64,000 nt of DNA, from contig JAPEUD010000006.1 of assembly GCA_026026165.1 (NCBI GenBank), positions 186,001-250,000 of the forward strand. Reading direction: 5' to 3'. The DNA comes from Sarea resinae (taxonomy: Eukaryota). Shown one piece after another: positions 51,591-64,000 of the stretch. How positions within the stretch are numbered: the stretch's first letter is position 1; each line of letters starts with the position of its first letter. A program made the position numbers and the translations under genes. The notes beneath the pieces are model-generated. The model did not search any database. It was not told the origin of the DNA and saw nothing but the letters and a program-made list of their open reading frames with translations.

Positions 51591-52255
51591 ATGTAGACAT
51601 GGAGTCTAGCAATTGGCTTCCAAGAAAGAGGGAGACGGAGACGGAGAGGGAGAGAGAAAAAAAGAAAACGTGGAGTATGAATATATAGGTATCTAATTTC
51701 CACTTATTCCCTTTCTTCCTTCCTCTCTGCTAAAAGGCAAGGTCAAGGCAGATTTGCTATAGATGTTGAGGCGTCAAAAAAAGGGCACCTTCCACTATGA
51801 CTAATCTGCATCTTTTCCGCATCGTGTCATTTTCCGCATCGTTTACCGTATCGTATAGCGCATCGTGTCATTGAAACATATGAGAGAGATAAATAGTAGA
51901 GGAAAAGGAGATGTAGATGATGTAGCATACATGAGAATGTCGACGCGAGGACGATGAGGTGCCGATGCGATGCGATGCGATGCGATATGATGTAATACGA
52001 TGCCGATAAGAGAGCAGAGAAATCGAACGTGGACGATAAGAGAGCTCCAATATGCCTCGCTGCAACCCATAAGTCACCCGCAGACACAACAAGGTCCGAG
52101 GAAGAATGAACAGAGAAAAAAGAAAGAGGTAGAAAGACTCAAAGAAGAGAGGTAGGTGACTAGCTGGCTAGCCAGACCTAAGGGAAGTCTGGACTTTTTT
52201 TCTTGAAAGGAGAATACACAAGAGAATAATTGGAAAAAAGTGAGACACGCCGGGT

Positions 52256-54098
52256 TCAGAGCTCAGGCTTCTCCCACACGTCGCGCGTGATTTTCATGAT
52301 GGCGGATTGCTTGTGTGGAAACGCTATCTCTTTGACCTTGAAGAAACCTATGCTCTGGAGATAGGATATGAGTCTAGTAAGATCGAATTGATTAGCAAAA
52401 AAAGGTATACCATCAAAGGAGAAGAAAGAAAGTCGAGCGACAAATGCAAAAAGGATCCGGAGGAGGCAAAAGGACAAGGGAGACTAACTTCTCATTATCG
52501 ACTCTCGGTTCCAGCCATACGGCATTAGTCCTATAATCCGCCGTAAAGAAATGATGCACCACTGCACTCAGCCAGACCTTGACTCTATGCGGTCCTCTGA
52601 ACTCTTCCTCTCCAACAAGCACATGTACACCCTTGTCGTGTTCGCCTGCCTCGCCGCCCAAGTACCGCCCCAGGATATCTTCTTTGACCCAATATAGCTC
52701 AAAGTAGCCAAAGGGCTTGCCGTCCCAGCAGCCAATGACGGGGAATGAATGACGGTTGGAGAGGTTGGCACGGAGAAAGGCTTCTTGGTGGCTTCGCGGC
52801 CCGGATTCGCCCCAGAAGGCGGAAACTCGAGGGTGGTTCATCCAGCGATGGAGGAGCTCGACGTCGCAAGGGGTCTGTGATGATGCATTGGAATTGGTAC
52901 TGTCGGTGTTGATTGGAGCGGTAGTGCTGGGAGTAACGCTGCTTGGAGGGAGGGAGATGACCGAGGCCGGGCGGTTGGAAAGGGCGGAGGGGGATGACGA
53001 GGAGGGCAGCATGCTCGTTGTGTGGTGGTGATGATGATGGGAGACGACTCCATTGTGGGCCGGAGATGTGGATGACAGCGACGCGACACGGAGAGACAGG
53101 TATTGACCTAAGCTGGGTATGTAACGCGTGTAGAAAGTCTCGCCCTGACGAGGTGGTTTTGGTCGGATAGGGTGACGAATGCCGTCTGTGAAAGTGTACT
53201 GAAGGGGCGGAGGAGGGAAGTATGTGGGAAGATGACTGCCCGATTCAAAGGGGCCCGAGGGACTAGGTGCCGGCGTCCAGAGGCCGTGCGAGATGACTTC
53301 GGCTTGACTGTCGGATTTTGGGGATGTTGCATTCTCCACGCTTGGAGAGTTCGGACGAGAGGGTAGCGGGGAGGCGGCATTGGAGTAGGGGGAGCCAGAT
53401 TGATAGGGAGATTGATGGCGAGGGGAGAGCGTGAAGAGAAAGATGCGTGGATCAAGCTGCCAGAATTGGCGTCGGCTGATGAACATTTCCGACCATCCTT
53501 CTGCCGTTCGTTCGTCCGGATCGCAGCCCACGGAAGCGTCCTCGCTGATCACCAAGCCCATCCTTTCGAGTTTCTGCAGCAGGTTTCTCCCCTTGAAGAT
53601 GCCCTCGCGCTTGATGTTGATCCTCCACTCTCCCCTCGGCTTTCCCAGATCCGACGTCGTCGCAGACGCGCTGTTATACAATCGCGTGTCTGGTTCGGGC
53701 TGGTGAAAGTACCAGTACAGCGTGGCCCAGAGCATCATGGCGATCTGACGGGTGGGGGAGGTGGCCGGCTTGAAATCGCTACTGCTGGGGTTGGAGATGG
53801 ATGACATAAAGAGGCTGTCATTGCGGAGGGTAGGCTTCTGAAAGCGATAGATCTGCGGCCTCTTTTGGGGAGGTAGTGATGGCGAAGCCGGTTGATCGGG
53901 CGAGGACGCTGTAGTCTCGACCTCGGCGGGAGCAGGCTGCTCTGGTGCATTTTCTTCCGAGTGCAGAATCACGGTCCAGCCTGGTGGGAAGATGGAGTGG
54001 TGGGTACTCAGGTTGTTAGACTTGAAGAACAGACCGCCGAAGACGGGGGAGACGGTGATGGTCTGTCCGTTGGGAAGGTGAACGAGTGACGGGGCCAT
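52256..54098 (-). CDS. sidL: Siderophore N5-hydroxyornithine acetyltransferase (IucB/Acetyltransf_8; SidL-like)
   Basis: [69 protein letters not shown]. One intron at about 52489-52374. Confidence 0.85.
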
Positions 54099-54386
54099 GA
54101 TCTGTGTGTGGAGTGCCCTCCAAACACGCAGGCCAAGAAGAAGTGAAGGAGATGAAGAATTGGGAGGATAGGAGGATAGGAGGGTAGGAGGGTATGAGGG
54201 TATGAGGGCGTGAGGGCGTGGATCACCCCGCAAAGTGGAAGTGCTCAAGGTAAGGTATGAAGGTACGAAGTCGCAGTGGAGTTGTAGAGCAAGGTGACTA
54301 CTCTACCTACTTCCCCTCCTCCGTTCGGACTTCAGCCTTCAGCCTCTACCTCCTTTAGGCAGCCTTCAGCCTCTCGCATTGATGAC

Positions 54387-54402
54387 TACTCCGTACGGAG
54401 TA
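54387..54402. promoter_or_regulatory. Perfect 16-bp palindrome TACTCCGTACGGAGTA
   Basis: About 290 bp upstream of the sidL ATG; related perfect palindromes at 35172 and 38996. Regulatory role is inferred. Confidence 0.45.
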
Positions 54403-55154
54403 TCCGTCTTAACGTTCTCGTCCCCTTCAGCAAGAATCTACTTCAGATGCATCCGTTTAGCGTCTTGTAACCGTGAGGCGTGGCATGATCTTCGGTAAGG
54501 ATTCTGCACTTGCAAGCCGAAGGGCGAACACAACAAACACAATATATCTTCGTACACCATATGATCCAGGTGGGCTGGTGACTGCGACCGCGGTGCCTGG
54601 TATCGGATACCACCTGTCTCGTGCCACTTACCCCATACCCCATGTCGTGGAGAGTCCCGTGCCAGGTACCGTGGACGGATACATGGACGAAGTCACAGAC
54701 ATTCATGGAACCCCAAGATTACATGTGTCCTCTCGGCCCGCACCGGGGGATATCCGGAGGGTAGAAGATATGGTAGAAGATATGAAAAGACAGGATCTGA
54801 TAACCCGATGCCAGAGGCAGATTTTCTTTTCATCTATGGACGCTTGCGTAAAAGTACATTCGAATAATAGGCAAACTTGAGTAGGTATCCTGCATAGCAA
54901 GTTGGAGACTCCTTTTCTCCCTTTCTTCATGTTACGTTTTATCCGCCGCCATCATTGGAGCCCCCGACATCGGCTCTAATCGGTCCACGTATCCTGAGCC
55001 ACAGCACCAAGCACTAGTATCCGGGAATCACAACTTACTCTTCCGAGAAATTGAAGCAGATATCCCTAGGAGATGGGAGCTATACCCGGCCTTCAAAGAA
55101 TGGCAAACGGGAGATCCTAGCTGACGATCTGTATCGAGGGAAGTGTTCTGCTCC

Positions 55155-58100
55155 TCATTGCCAACCTGTCTTCCTCGTCGCGTGCTCTTCGTCGATGAGT
55201 TCGCACAACGAAGCGCCACAATTAGCTTCGATCTCTTGGCCGTCTCGACCGACAAGAACGGGCTGATGTTCATTGAATGAGTTTTTCAATCGGCCAGCGA
55301 GGCTGAAATGGGTCTCTTCTACAGTGATCCAGCGAATGCGGAACGGTGGAGAAGCTTGCCAGTGAAGGCTACTTTGCCACGATGGCTTCTCGGCTTCGCC
55401 TGGTTCGGTTTCCATGCGCGCCTGCGATGCTTTTAGCCCATCATCTGAGGGAATGTGATATGAAGCCACTTACATATCCTTGAAAAGCTGTACTCTTGTT
55501 GACAGAAAAGACAAGAATAACGTGGCGACAAGTAAGAAACGCCTCTCTGAACAACTCTGTATTCTTGGCCTGGGTAGCCCAAATCTCCTAATAAGGTGTA
55601 AGCTACAGCCTTCTGTTCCCAGCATGTATACTCACCTCTCGCTGAGCAACCTCAACGTTCTCAAAATTCCAGCTCTTCACTAGAAAATATCGTGTCCCTG
55701 TATTTAGTGTTAGCAAAGGAGGCTCGGTTTGATGCTTGGATTCTACTGACCCCCGTCGCGAAGCAGCAATGGGTCGGATCCCCTACGATCAAATTTGCTC
55801 AACTCTTGTTCACCAATTCGGCTACCGCCACGGCTATGATAGTACCCTCCTCTTCCTCGACCACGGCCCCGACCGCGAGTGCTATTGACGGGGTAATTGT
55901 GACCATAGGAAGCTCGTTTCTTGTACCCGCCTCTATAGGCGACTTCAGGGGATCTCCCACGGGAGAATTCACCTCCTTCAACGTCGTCGTCAAAATAAGC
56001 TATGTCCCTCGGTCTGTCCCTACTGCTCTGTCGAGGAGATGGCGTGTCACGGTCATACTGGATACGACTCCGAGCTGAAGGGAGATCGTTGCTTAGCCGA
56101 CCTTGCTCGGGTGAAGTTGACTTGCCTGGCCGCTTTTGTGAGTGTTCATGCCAACTCGTATCCCTACTAGCAGCTCTGGCCTCAAGTCGCTTTGTAAAAC
56201 TACGTTGATAGTCTTCAGGACCAGATTTCGAAGCCGCGGTCAATTGTCGGGCATCTTCATGATATCTGACGTCGCCATCTTTGTCAGTACGAGCATACTT
56301 CTCTGCCGGGCTCCGAATGGGAGATCCGTCCTTTCGCTCGGAGTACTTTCTCTTAAGAGCACCATTCTCGATGGGCTCGCTTGTCTCTTGTATAGCGTTT
56401 TGGTCATGCTGAGGTGTTACCGGATAGCTTGACGTTGGAGTATCAGATAGAGCTGTGTCTCCACTCTCGTATTCACGGCGTGCAGGAACCGGTGGTGGTG
56501 GCATTGAGATAAGTGATGATGCCCTCGTGCTCACGGAGGGCATCGTCATCCGAGATGTATTCTCAATGCCATTGATGGGCATCATAGATTGGGCGCGCGC
56601 GAGATGAGATCGTTCCTCCTGCTCAATCTGGGCTTCGCGTTCTAGCTTGAGTCTTGCTCGGTCAAGTGCGATCAAGTCTCGATGACGTCGGAGCGCTTTT
56701 CTGCGGTAGTCAACATCATTATAGCCGGTCATCTCCAACCACTCTTCCAATTCATGACGCTGCGCTGCCCCCTTCCTCTCTTCATCGTGCTGCAAAATCA
56801 GAGCTTGTGCAACTGCGGGAGAAGAATGCAACTCTGCGCGATCATTGAAGTGACCTTTGACTCTCTCCATACAGTGCTCTTTGGTTGGGTCGCTTCTAGA
56901 TGGAAGACAAGCGGTCGATTGCTTCTCGGGGGTTCGATTATCTCTTGGTTTCGACAGCTCGGATGGATGTAATTCCCTGCCGTATCTCGATTGTTTGGTC
57001 TTAGGACTGAGGGGTCTCTTTTCTTGATCATCCGATTTTGCCGGCAACTTTGAAGTTTGATGACTAGAGGACAAGCCGAGTGCAGCACTTGTCTTTTCCT
57101 TTCCTTGCAAACGCTGCGAAGGCTCTTGTTCGCCTTGTGGCCTAGGAATTTTCAAAGCAGTACTGGGGTCTCGGACTTGATCTATACCCTGAGCGGTGAA
57201 TAGCTGAGTTTTTGGATTCCTCTTCGCTTGAACGTTCTTCGACTGGGCAGTGTGATTTTGTTCTACAGGCCCGCTAAGGTTCGGACCTCCTGATTGTGAT
57301 TTGGGATTTTCTCCAGACGTCTGCTTCTCTTTTATCGCTGTGGCCGGAATATTGTTTTGCTTACTATCCTTCCGAATTTCTTTGCTCATGGGTCGCCTGT
57401 TTTCCGAATTCACCGACTCGGCTCGATGCGCAGTGAATATTACTCGAGTCTGATCTAGACCATCATGTAACTTGCTACCCGCATCTGCGGGCTTCTCACG
57501 CTTAGTTGCATCTCCCTCAGGTGGTTTGCCTGCTTCCGCGGCAGCTCGACCTTCTGCGAGTAGCTCGTCTAGATCAGTCCTCGAGTCCGTTCTCCCAAGC
57601 TGCGGGCGTTCTGATTCCATTATTTCTCCATCTTCCGCACTGGGCGAGCGCTTTGCTCCATCAACTCCTTCTTGGTTCCTTGAGTCACTAGCAGGCGTGC
57701 CTCCGTTAGCCGATCGACTCGCCATCAATTTGGCGCGTAATTCCGCGAGCTTTCCAGACACATCTTGACCAATAGCACCTTGTGACTTGTGTTCGAGCTT
57801 TCTCGAGTCGGAACTACTAGAGTTGGTATGGGAAGTGGGCGCCTCCGTTTGCGTGAGATGGTTTGCCAATAGCTCATCCTTTCGAAGAACACGATGGTCA
57901 GCACTGCTATTATTCCGGGCAAGAGCGGCTTACGGTACTCTGTCGATCATGTCTTTCTTGGCCAGAACCCTCATGATGTCTTGATGCATCTCGGCTGGGA
58001 TGGTATTCTGGCTGTTGGCCACCCGGCTCAATCTCGCACTCCTCCACCATATCTTCTTCATTGTAACCATAGTAATCTTGTGGAACGCCATTATAGAAGG

Positions 58101-58332
58101 ACTGAACAGAGTGTGTATTAGGACCTTGATAATAGTCATTGTAGTCATAGCCATCAGCCGTCTGATCGCCTTGCTGCTCCCAATCCATGCCCGACATCCA
58201 AGCCTGCTGAGGGTAATCTTGAAAGAAGGGAATAGAGGGTACAATCAGATGTTGATTGAGTCCGTGATATTCTGCGATATTGTTTTCGTCGCCCTGTCCT
58301 GAAATAGTTTCCCTAGCGATATTGGGTAACAT
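55155..58332 (-). CDS. YTH-domain RNA-binding protein (YTHDC1/Mmi1-type, C-terminal YTH)
   Basis: Long disordered region with RGRGRGRGG, then TRYFLVKSWNFENV..|IWATQ..N...VILVFSVNKSTAFQGY|ARM..PSW..PFRIRW..LKNSFNEHQPVLVGRDGQEI. About 4 introns; start uncertain. Confidence 0.88.
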
Positions 58333-59533
58333 TTCTCGCTGCTGGTTGATTCAATAATGTGAACTTGTTTCAAGGGAGAGTATGTGCTTTTCTGACAGAA
58401 TAGTGAGATCAGATTTGGATGCTGTTCAGCGAAATGAAGACAAGTCTTTGAAACGACGCGTAACAGATACCGTATTGATGGAAGAAATAAAATAGATTCT
58501 CAATGTTCCGAGCTGTTCTACCTGGGTGTAGACTGATAGATAGCATATGCTAGATCTCAGTGTCGCATTTGTAAGGCCTTCCTGAGTAGTGACTATAGCA
58601 TTGGCGACGAGAGATCTTGAGTAGACGTGAAATAGTCGTTGAGATGCCTCGAGGATGTAAGATAGCTTGATCAATGAACGACCAATGAGTACGGGCTGTC
58701 TGCCTCGAGTCTGTACGCAGTGCGTGACAGGGGCAATGTGCGTGACGGGTGCAAGCTGCGAAGCAGTCTATGCAGCACGTATGTATTACAACAGAGCTGG
58801 ATGTGTGTTCGACAAAAGTCATCACTGACATAGAGACTGTCAGAGGCATTATTGTGCCGTTGTCTTGCCTTGCAAAAGACATTCATAGGCGTGCCACAAA
58901 GAAGGGGGCATATTATCTGTATTGCGATGAACGTGATTAATGACAGGACTGGCTGGCATTTGGCATGGATAGGTAGGCAAGGTATGGACAAGCACAGGGT
59001 CTCTCACGGCACGAAGTCGTGGAAAGGAAAGCCACGCGGTAAATTAACCGACCCCGGCGCTTCTGAGGTTGGCCGCCTCGAAGTCCTTCGGGCGGAAGCA
59101 CATCTCCTCGTGCCGGGGCCCAACAAGGATCCCCGCGTAAAGCTTCACATTACCGTAAAAGGATGTTCGTATACATACATAATCAATGTGAGATGTCACA
59201 TCCGCATATATCACTGCTACACAGGCAGCTATAATCAAATGAGATATCTTATAAAGCCGAAGGAAAAAATGTTTGCTATGGTCCGGTATGTATGTGCCGC
59301 TTGATGGCGTGGGTATCTACAAGAATTATACAAAAGGGAATACAATTGCCGATGCTTAGGCGTTGTCTCGAGAAAATGTGTGCGGGCCCTGCCCGGCGAT
59401 GCAAACGCAGCCAGCGCATCCTGTAGCTGGTGCAAACAAAAGGTATGCTGTAACGAGAAAGATGAAGCAACGATGGAGACAAAGACTGCCAGCTCGAACT
59501 CCGTCCTAATGAAAGTCATCAAGAACAAATGTC

Positions 59534-61411
59534 TCAACGATCACTACTTCTTTTGATTATGTTGATAAGTCCCTTCAACTTTGTCCACCTGCGTCTGTCG
59601 TTGTTGGCAGGCCGAGGCTCATCATCAGGAGGTGACTGTGTACTGGTCTGTGTACTGGTCTGTGTGCTGGCGGCTACGGAGTCGCGAGCGGAACCACTTC
59701 TCAAACTAGCCTCCTCCGTCGCTCTGGGTACCAGGAGGGATTTGTCGACTTCACTCATTGCTTGTGGTGAAGCTGTTGACCAAGGTGCCGGAGACGTTGA
59801 GCTTTCGAGTCGAAGTGATAGTGGCCGAGGCCGACGTGGGGTTTGAGACCTTTCAGTATCGCTCTGAGCCGATTGCTCGCCAGGAGGAAGTTGACTCAAA
59901 CGCCTCGTAGAGGAACGGTTGCGGCTGTTGGCGCGCTCCATAAATGCAGCCCCGGTCGAACTTGCTCGCCTCGGCCTTCCATGAAACTCTGGCTCCTCCA
60001 AGACGCTCGAAGAGGCGACAAGTGAGCGGTGACGCAACATGTTAGTACCGGTGTGGATGATTTTGCCGCCAACGCCATGACGCCCATGATCACGACCATC
60101 TTGACTATCTGGGGTAACGGCGCGGCTTTCGGGGTTCTTTGAGGGCGGCATGGAAGCAGCGCGCTGTGAAGGGCGCAAGCTAGAGGGAGGTGAGGCCACA
60201 CTTGCCATGGCATCGTTATACCTGAAATTCCGAGACCAATTTTCTCGGAATGCGACCCAAATGCCGGTGACTACTATCAATGCGCGAAGCCTCTCGTCGG
60301 TTGGAATTAATACTCGATCTTCAGAGACGGGTAGGTCGAAGAATGAGCTTTGCCCCGAGAAAACACTGGATGGTGTACATATGGGGGAAGTTGGAGGATG
60401 GTTGGCGTTGGATGTCGATGGGCTCGGGAAATGATCTAAGATGTCGATAGTGTTTCGATTCATCGAAGCAATGATGGGATGGCGTCGCAGGTTCGGGTTG
60501 ATAAGGCTGAAGTTGAACTTCCTCTCTTCCTCCACCCAATTTCCCGATGCCCGATTTTGAAGAGTGTTTGATTTTCGGCGGGACGCAGGGATTCGAGGGA
60601 CCCAACGGGCTGTGGTTCGACGACCGTCTTCTTCGATGGCCACAAATTCATAGCCGCCGCTCGCCAATGGGGTTGCTTCCCATGCTGGTCCTTGGTTGAG
60701 ACAAATCTCAGCCCTGCCACGGCCACCTCCTTCTTCTCGTCGTAGTTGACAGATTGTAGCAATGACTTCCCTTGAACCCCAGCCCTCATGATCCGAGTCG
60801 CTGTTTCCTTCGTCTATTATCTGAGTGGAAGAGTCATACTCGTCGCTGCTCACGATGACCAGATCGTTCGGGCCAAGGCCATCTCTTCCTCTAAAGACTC
60901 GGGGAAACCGTCGAGCCAGTCGAGGAACGTAAATGGCTGAAGGCAATACGTCGAAAGCAGGCTTCGGCCGTGCTGTTGTCGACAGCTGTTGGAGTTGCAA
61001 TAGTAGTCGCGGGCGGATCCTTAGCATTTGCTTGTGTGATTGGATTGGAGGCGGATGGGCGATTTGGAACGACATTCTCGACCGAGGCATGGTCCTCTTT
61101 GGCAACTCTGCATTTGCATGGCTTCTCGTAAGAGTCGACGTTGACATGCCATCATCGCTGATCACTTCTGGCTCGCGTTCAGAAAATTTGACCGAAGGAG
61201 CGCTCTCGGCACTTCCAGCAGATGCAGGTCTCAGTGGACTGTTGCGTGCGGGCATGGCAGCACCTCTGAGAGCACTCGAAGGATATCTGGAGAATGAGCT
61301 GCGTGAAGGAACAGGTTGACGAGATGCTGAAGGCGATGAAGGGCGAGGGGCAGAGAATTCATGTCGATGGGCAGCTGCAGCGTCTGCCGTCATCCCCAAG
61401 GTGAGGAACAT
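59534..61411 (-). CDS. Fungal hypothetical protein
   Basis: 625-aa intronless ORF with a globular core (RLLLQLQQLS..PAFDVLPS, WEATPLASGGYEF, FNFSLINP..RRHPIIASM, LIVVTGIWVAFRENWS) flanked by S/R-rich disorder. Confidence 0.8.
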   Translation of the reverse strand: MFLTLGMTADAAAAHRHEFSAPRPSSPSASRQPVPSRSSFSRYPSSALRGAAMPARNSPLRPASAGSAESAPSVKFSEREPEVISDDGMSTSTLTRSHANAELPKRTMPRSRMSFQIAHPPPIQSHKQMLRIRPRLLLQLQQLSTTARPKPAFDVLPSAIYVPRLARRFPRVFRGRDGLGPNDLVIVSSDEYDSSTQIIDEGNSDSDHEGWGSREVIATICQLRREEGGGRGRAEICLNQGPAWEATPLASGGYEFVAIEEDGRRTTARWVPRIPASRRKSNTLQNRASGNWVEEERKFNFSLINPNLRRHPIIASMNRNTIDILDHFPSPSTSNANHPPTSPICTPSSVFSGQSSFFDLPVSEDRVLIPTDERLRALIVVTGIWVAFRENWSRNFRYNDAMASVASPPSSLRPSQRAASMPPSKNPESRAVTPDSQDGRDHGRHGVGGKIIHTGTNMLRHRSLVASSSVLEEPEFHGRPRRASSTGAAFMERANSRNRSSTRRLSQLPPGEQSAQSDTERSQTPRRPRPLSLRLESSTSPAPWSTASPQAMSEVDKSLLVPRATEEASLRSGSARDSVAASTQTSTQTSTQSPPDDEPRPANNDRRRWTKLKGLINIIKRSSDR

Positions 61412-63849
61412 CGTGGCCGGGGTGCGGGAGACCGTGCCTTTCTCCTTCTAGGGTGTGTGCTAAATAGTGCTGTAAGAAAGCTAAGGTGGGAGCTGGAGTC
61501 TTGGGTTGTTGCTCTAGTAGTAGGAATATGCGGCAGCCGGACAACACCGACAACACCGACGCTACCAAGAATCGGGTCACGGATGGCAGACGCGGCCGGT
61601 GGGGGAACGATGATGTCCGACGGAATAGAAATCGACGACAAGAATACCTAGTTGATAATGAGAGCGACCAGCACACGGCTCAAAAGGCGGTCATTTGAGC
61701 CGGCCGGAAGTCGGTCGCTATTTTATGGGACCAGACCGTCCAGCCAGTAGGGCTTGGCGTTGGACCGAGGGGGTGGCGTCGAACGTGGGACCCTTTTTCG
61801 CGTATTTTTCACAACAGTACGAGGAATGGTAGTAATACGGGTACTCTGGGTAGGAGTAGAGTTAATCGCAGCCGTAATAATAAGGCTGAGACTAAGGGAT
61901 GGTGCTGAATCCTGATGACGATGATGAGGTGAGCAAGGCTCGGCTCCATGTATCATGAGGTTCCAGTTGCTTCGCGACGACGAGAGAAGGAGGAGCCTGG
62001 CTATTGTAATGATAACGAGAATTATATACTCCAAGCAGTGAGTAGTAATAGCACGAAGTGTTGGGATTCCAATAGACTGATCATCCAGCACGCACGGATT
62101 GCGATGAGGTCTCCTCTTGTCTCTTTTCATGAGCCGTGAAAGATGATTGATGCTACGAGAACAAGTGGCATGGAGAAAGGCGTGTCCATGACTAGCTACG
62201 AGGTACCGCATGGACGAATCCAGTGCGCGGACACGATCGATGCTGAGATTTCGAGCATCAACCCTTCTTTTGGAGTGCTGCTAGCAATGTAAGCATAGAC
62301 TTAGTTCGCAAGTATTCCCTTAGGTGGGAGCTACGGAGTGCTACTGTACGGAGCTCGGGAGCCAGCAAAACATTGTCGAACTTTTCTTCCCCTTCATTGG
62401 AAGCTTCTTCACACCCTCCCCCTCGGTCCGGGGCGAGTCATGTTCCTGCTTCCACGCGCTGCAAACGGATGCAGCCCATGGTACTCCGAGTACTCCAGAG
62501 ACCAATAGGTCGCGTGATTGAGTCGTGCCATATGTACAGTTGTACGCCGGAGTTACCCCCTTCGGACCCTGTTTGGACGCTTCCCATGTGGTGATGCATG
62601 TCCCTTGGCCGTACCCATGCGACCAAGTATCTACCTACCTACCTTACCATGAAGATCGACATCATCATAGATCATGATCAGAGTAGGTAGGTACCTAGGG
62701 AGGTACCTACCTTAGGAGTAGTGATTCGTACTTCGTACATTTAGATTATGGTCGCAGTGCCTGCCTCACTTCCGCTGACTGATCTCTAGGTACCTCAAGG
62801 TACCTACAGTAGGTATCTTACGATGCGCTTTCATACTCGCACGACTGCGTGTGGGACTGAGCTCGAGTGAAATCTATATGAAACCGAGTACGTGCATGCG
62901 AAGTATTCCCAAAAGTACCTCATCAACGATACCTCATTCTCATGCAAAAATGAGCCGACGAGAAGCGGTATGGTAATTCAACAAAATCATCGACAACGAT
63001 GAAAGCCTTCTTGACGATGAAGAGTCCTCGGAGTAGTCCAGAGCAACGATGCCACGATAGACTACCTACATTAGTACTTGCCTTAGTAAATACTTCGCTG
63101 CAAAACGTTCGAGTTCGAAAGAGCGGAGAGCGGGCGGAGCTGGGATGCCAAGATGCCGAACGGCCTTGAGTCGCCGAAGTTCTCCTTCGTTCTGGGGGAA
63201 GGGCTCCAGACCGCCCTCCCGCCAGGAAGAGACGGTGTGAAGTACCTACCGGGCGGGCGAGGACTAGGTAATCGAGATCCTTCAGGCCCTGGTGCTCCAC
63301 CTGACGACGAAAAAAGGGTTCGTTGGACTGCTTACCTCGGATCGGCGTCCTGGAGGTTTGACAATCCCGACGCTATCTCGATTCTAGCAGCCCGAGCCAC
63401 ATCCTGGAGCTCCGCTAGACCATGAGTCGCACACCCTTTCGTTCCTTCTAGAGACCTCGCCCGCAAGCCTTAGTCATCTATAGAAGTACTCTATGGAAGT
63501 ACAGAGTACTATTCTGCTCATACCAAGCGTACGATATAGGCGCTTTCATCCCCATTGGGCCCCTACCTGGTATGCTGGACTTGGTGGCGGCTGATGGCTT
63601 ACTGACAGAGTTAGTGATTGCTCAGGTGAATAGCGAAAGAGGCTCCTGCTCTCAGGTCAATCTCAATTTCACTGCTATTCCCAAAGGCAACAATGTTCAA
63701 TACTCGAGCTGCTGACACAGCGTTCTTACCGGCTGCAAGCCTACGCTGCAATGCTGTGTCCTCCAATCGGTGCCTTTATCGAAAAGCAGAAGGTTCGCGC
63801 CAGAGTTCTTTGCTACTTTACTGCCACTTTGCGAGTGAACTTGACCGGG

Positions 63850-63890
63850 TATTATTATTACTATTATGATTATCATCATCATTATTATGT
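63850..63890. repeat. Compound (TAT)n/(CAT)n microsatellite
   Basis: Read directly. Confidence 0.8.
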
Positions 63891-64000
63891 TGTTGTTCTT
63901 ATCATCACAAGGGTCGTTGCATCCATAGCCTTAGGACTCTGTCACAGTCGTGTTGCTGAGCCTCAATGAGGCTGAGTGTGGCGCTTGAGGCGGCTGTCCA

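Noticed and set aside
45602..54098. Thiolase/RraA/SET/SidL as a siderophore or secondary-metabolite cluster
   Set aside because: No NRPS/PKS, ornithine monooxygenase or transporter in the window; SidL-type genes are typically unclustered.
58400..59500. Short ORFs between the YTH gene and the hypothetical gene
   Set aside because: No coding bias or recognisable domain; probably UTR/promoter.
61700..64000. ORFs at 61723-62211, 62923-63300 and 63153-63425
   Set aside because: No recognisable domains or convincing exon chain; treated as intergenic.

Overview
Intron-containing, gene-dense genomic DNA from a filamentous ascomycete (Pezizomycotina), judged from GT-AG introns of about 50-300 nt with CTRAC/CTAAT branch sites, a Zn2Cys6 factor and RIP-like TpA-rich relics. 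About 18 protein genes are supported: a BRAP2/ETP1 RING-ZnF-UBP ligase, tetra-ubiquitin, a Zn2Cys6 TF, farnesyltransferase beta, a small dsRBD-like protein, mitochondrial Ca2+ uniporter, secreted phytase, a degenerate NACHT-like protein, a large AAA+ ATPase, PTS2 thiolase, an RraA-like protein, a SET methyltransferase, a SidL-like acetyltransferase, a YTH protein and four hypotheticals. An accessory block at about 26.6-32.7 kb holds a stand-alone Copia-type gag relic and decayed sequence. The best candidate for an undescribed system is a head-to-head pair at 35.9-44.9 kb: an effector-less NACHT-like pseudo-NTPase with a 21-bp-unit coiled-coil repeat, and an intact AAA+ ATPase with a P/Q-rich tail. 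A recurring TACTCC..GGAGTA palindrome and TAGG/GGTACC motif clusters mark many intergenic regions. No tRNA, rRNA or CRISPR was seen. Exon boundaries were read by eye, and all family assignments come from motif recognition, not database searches.
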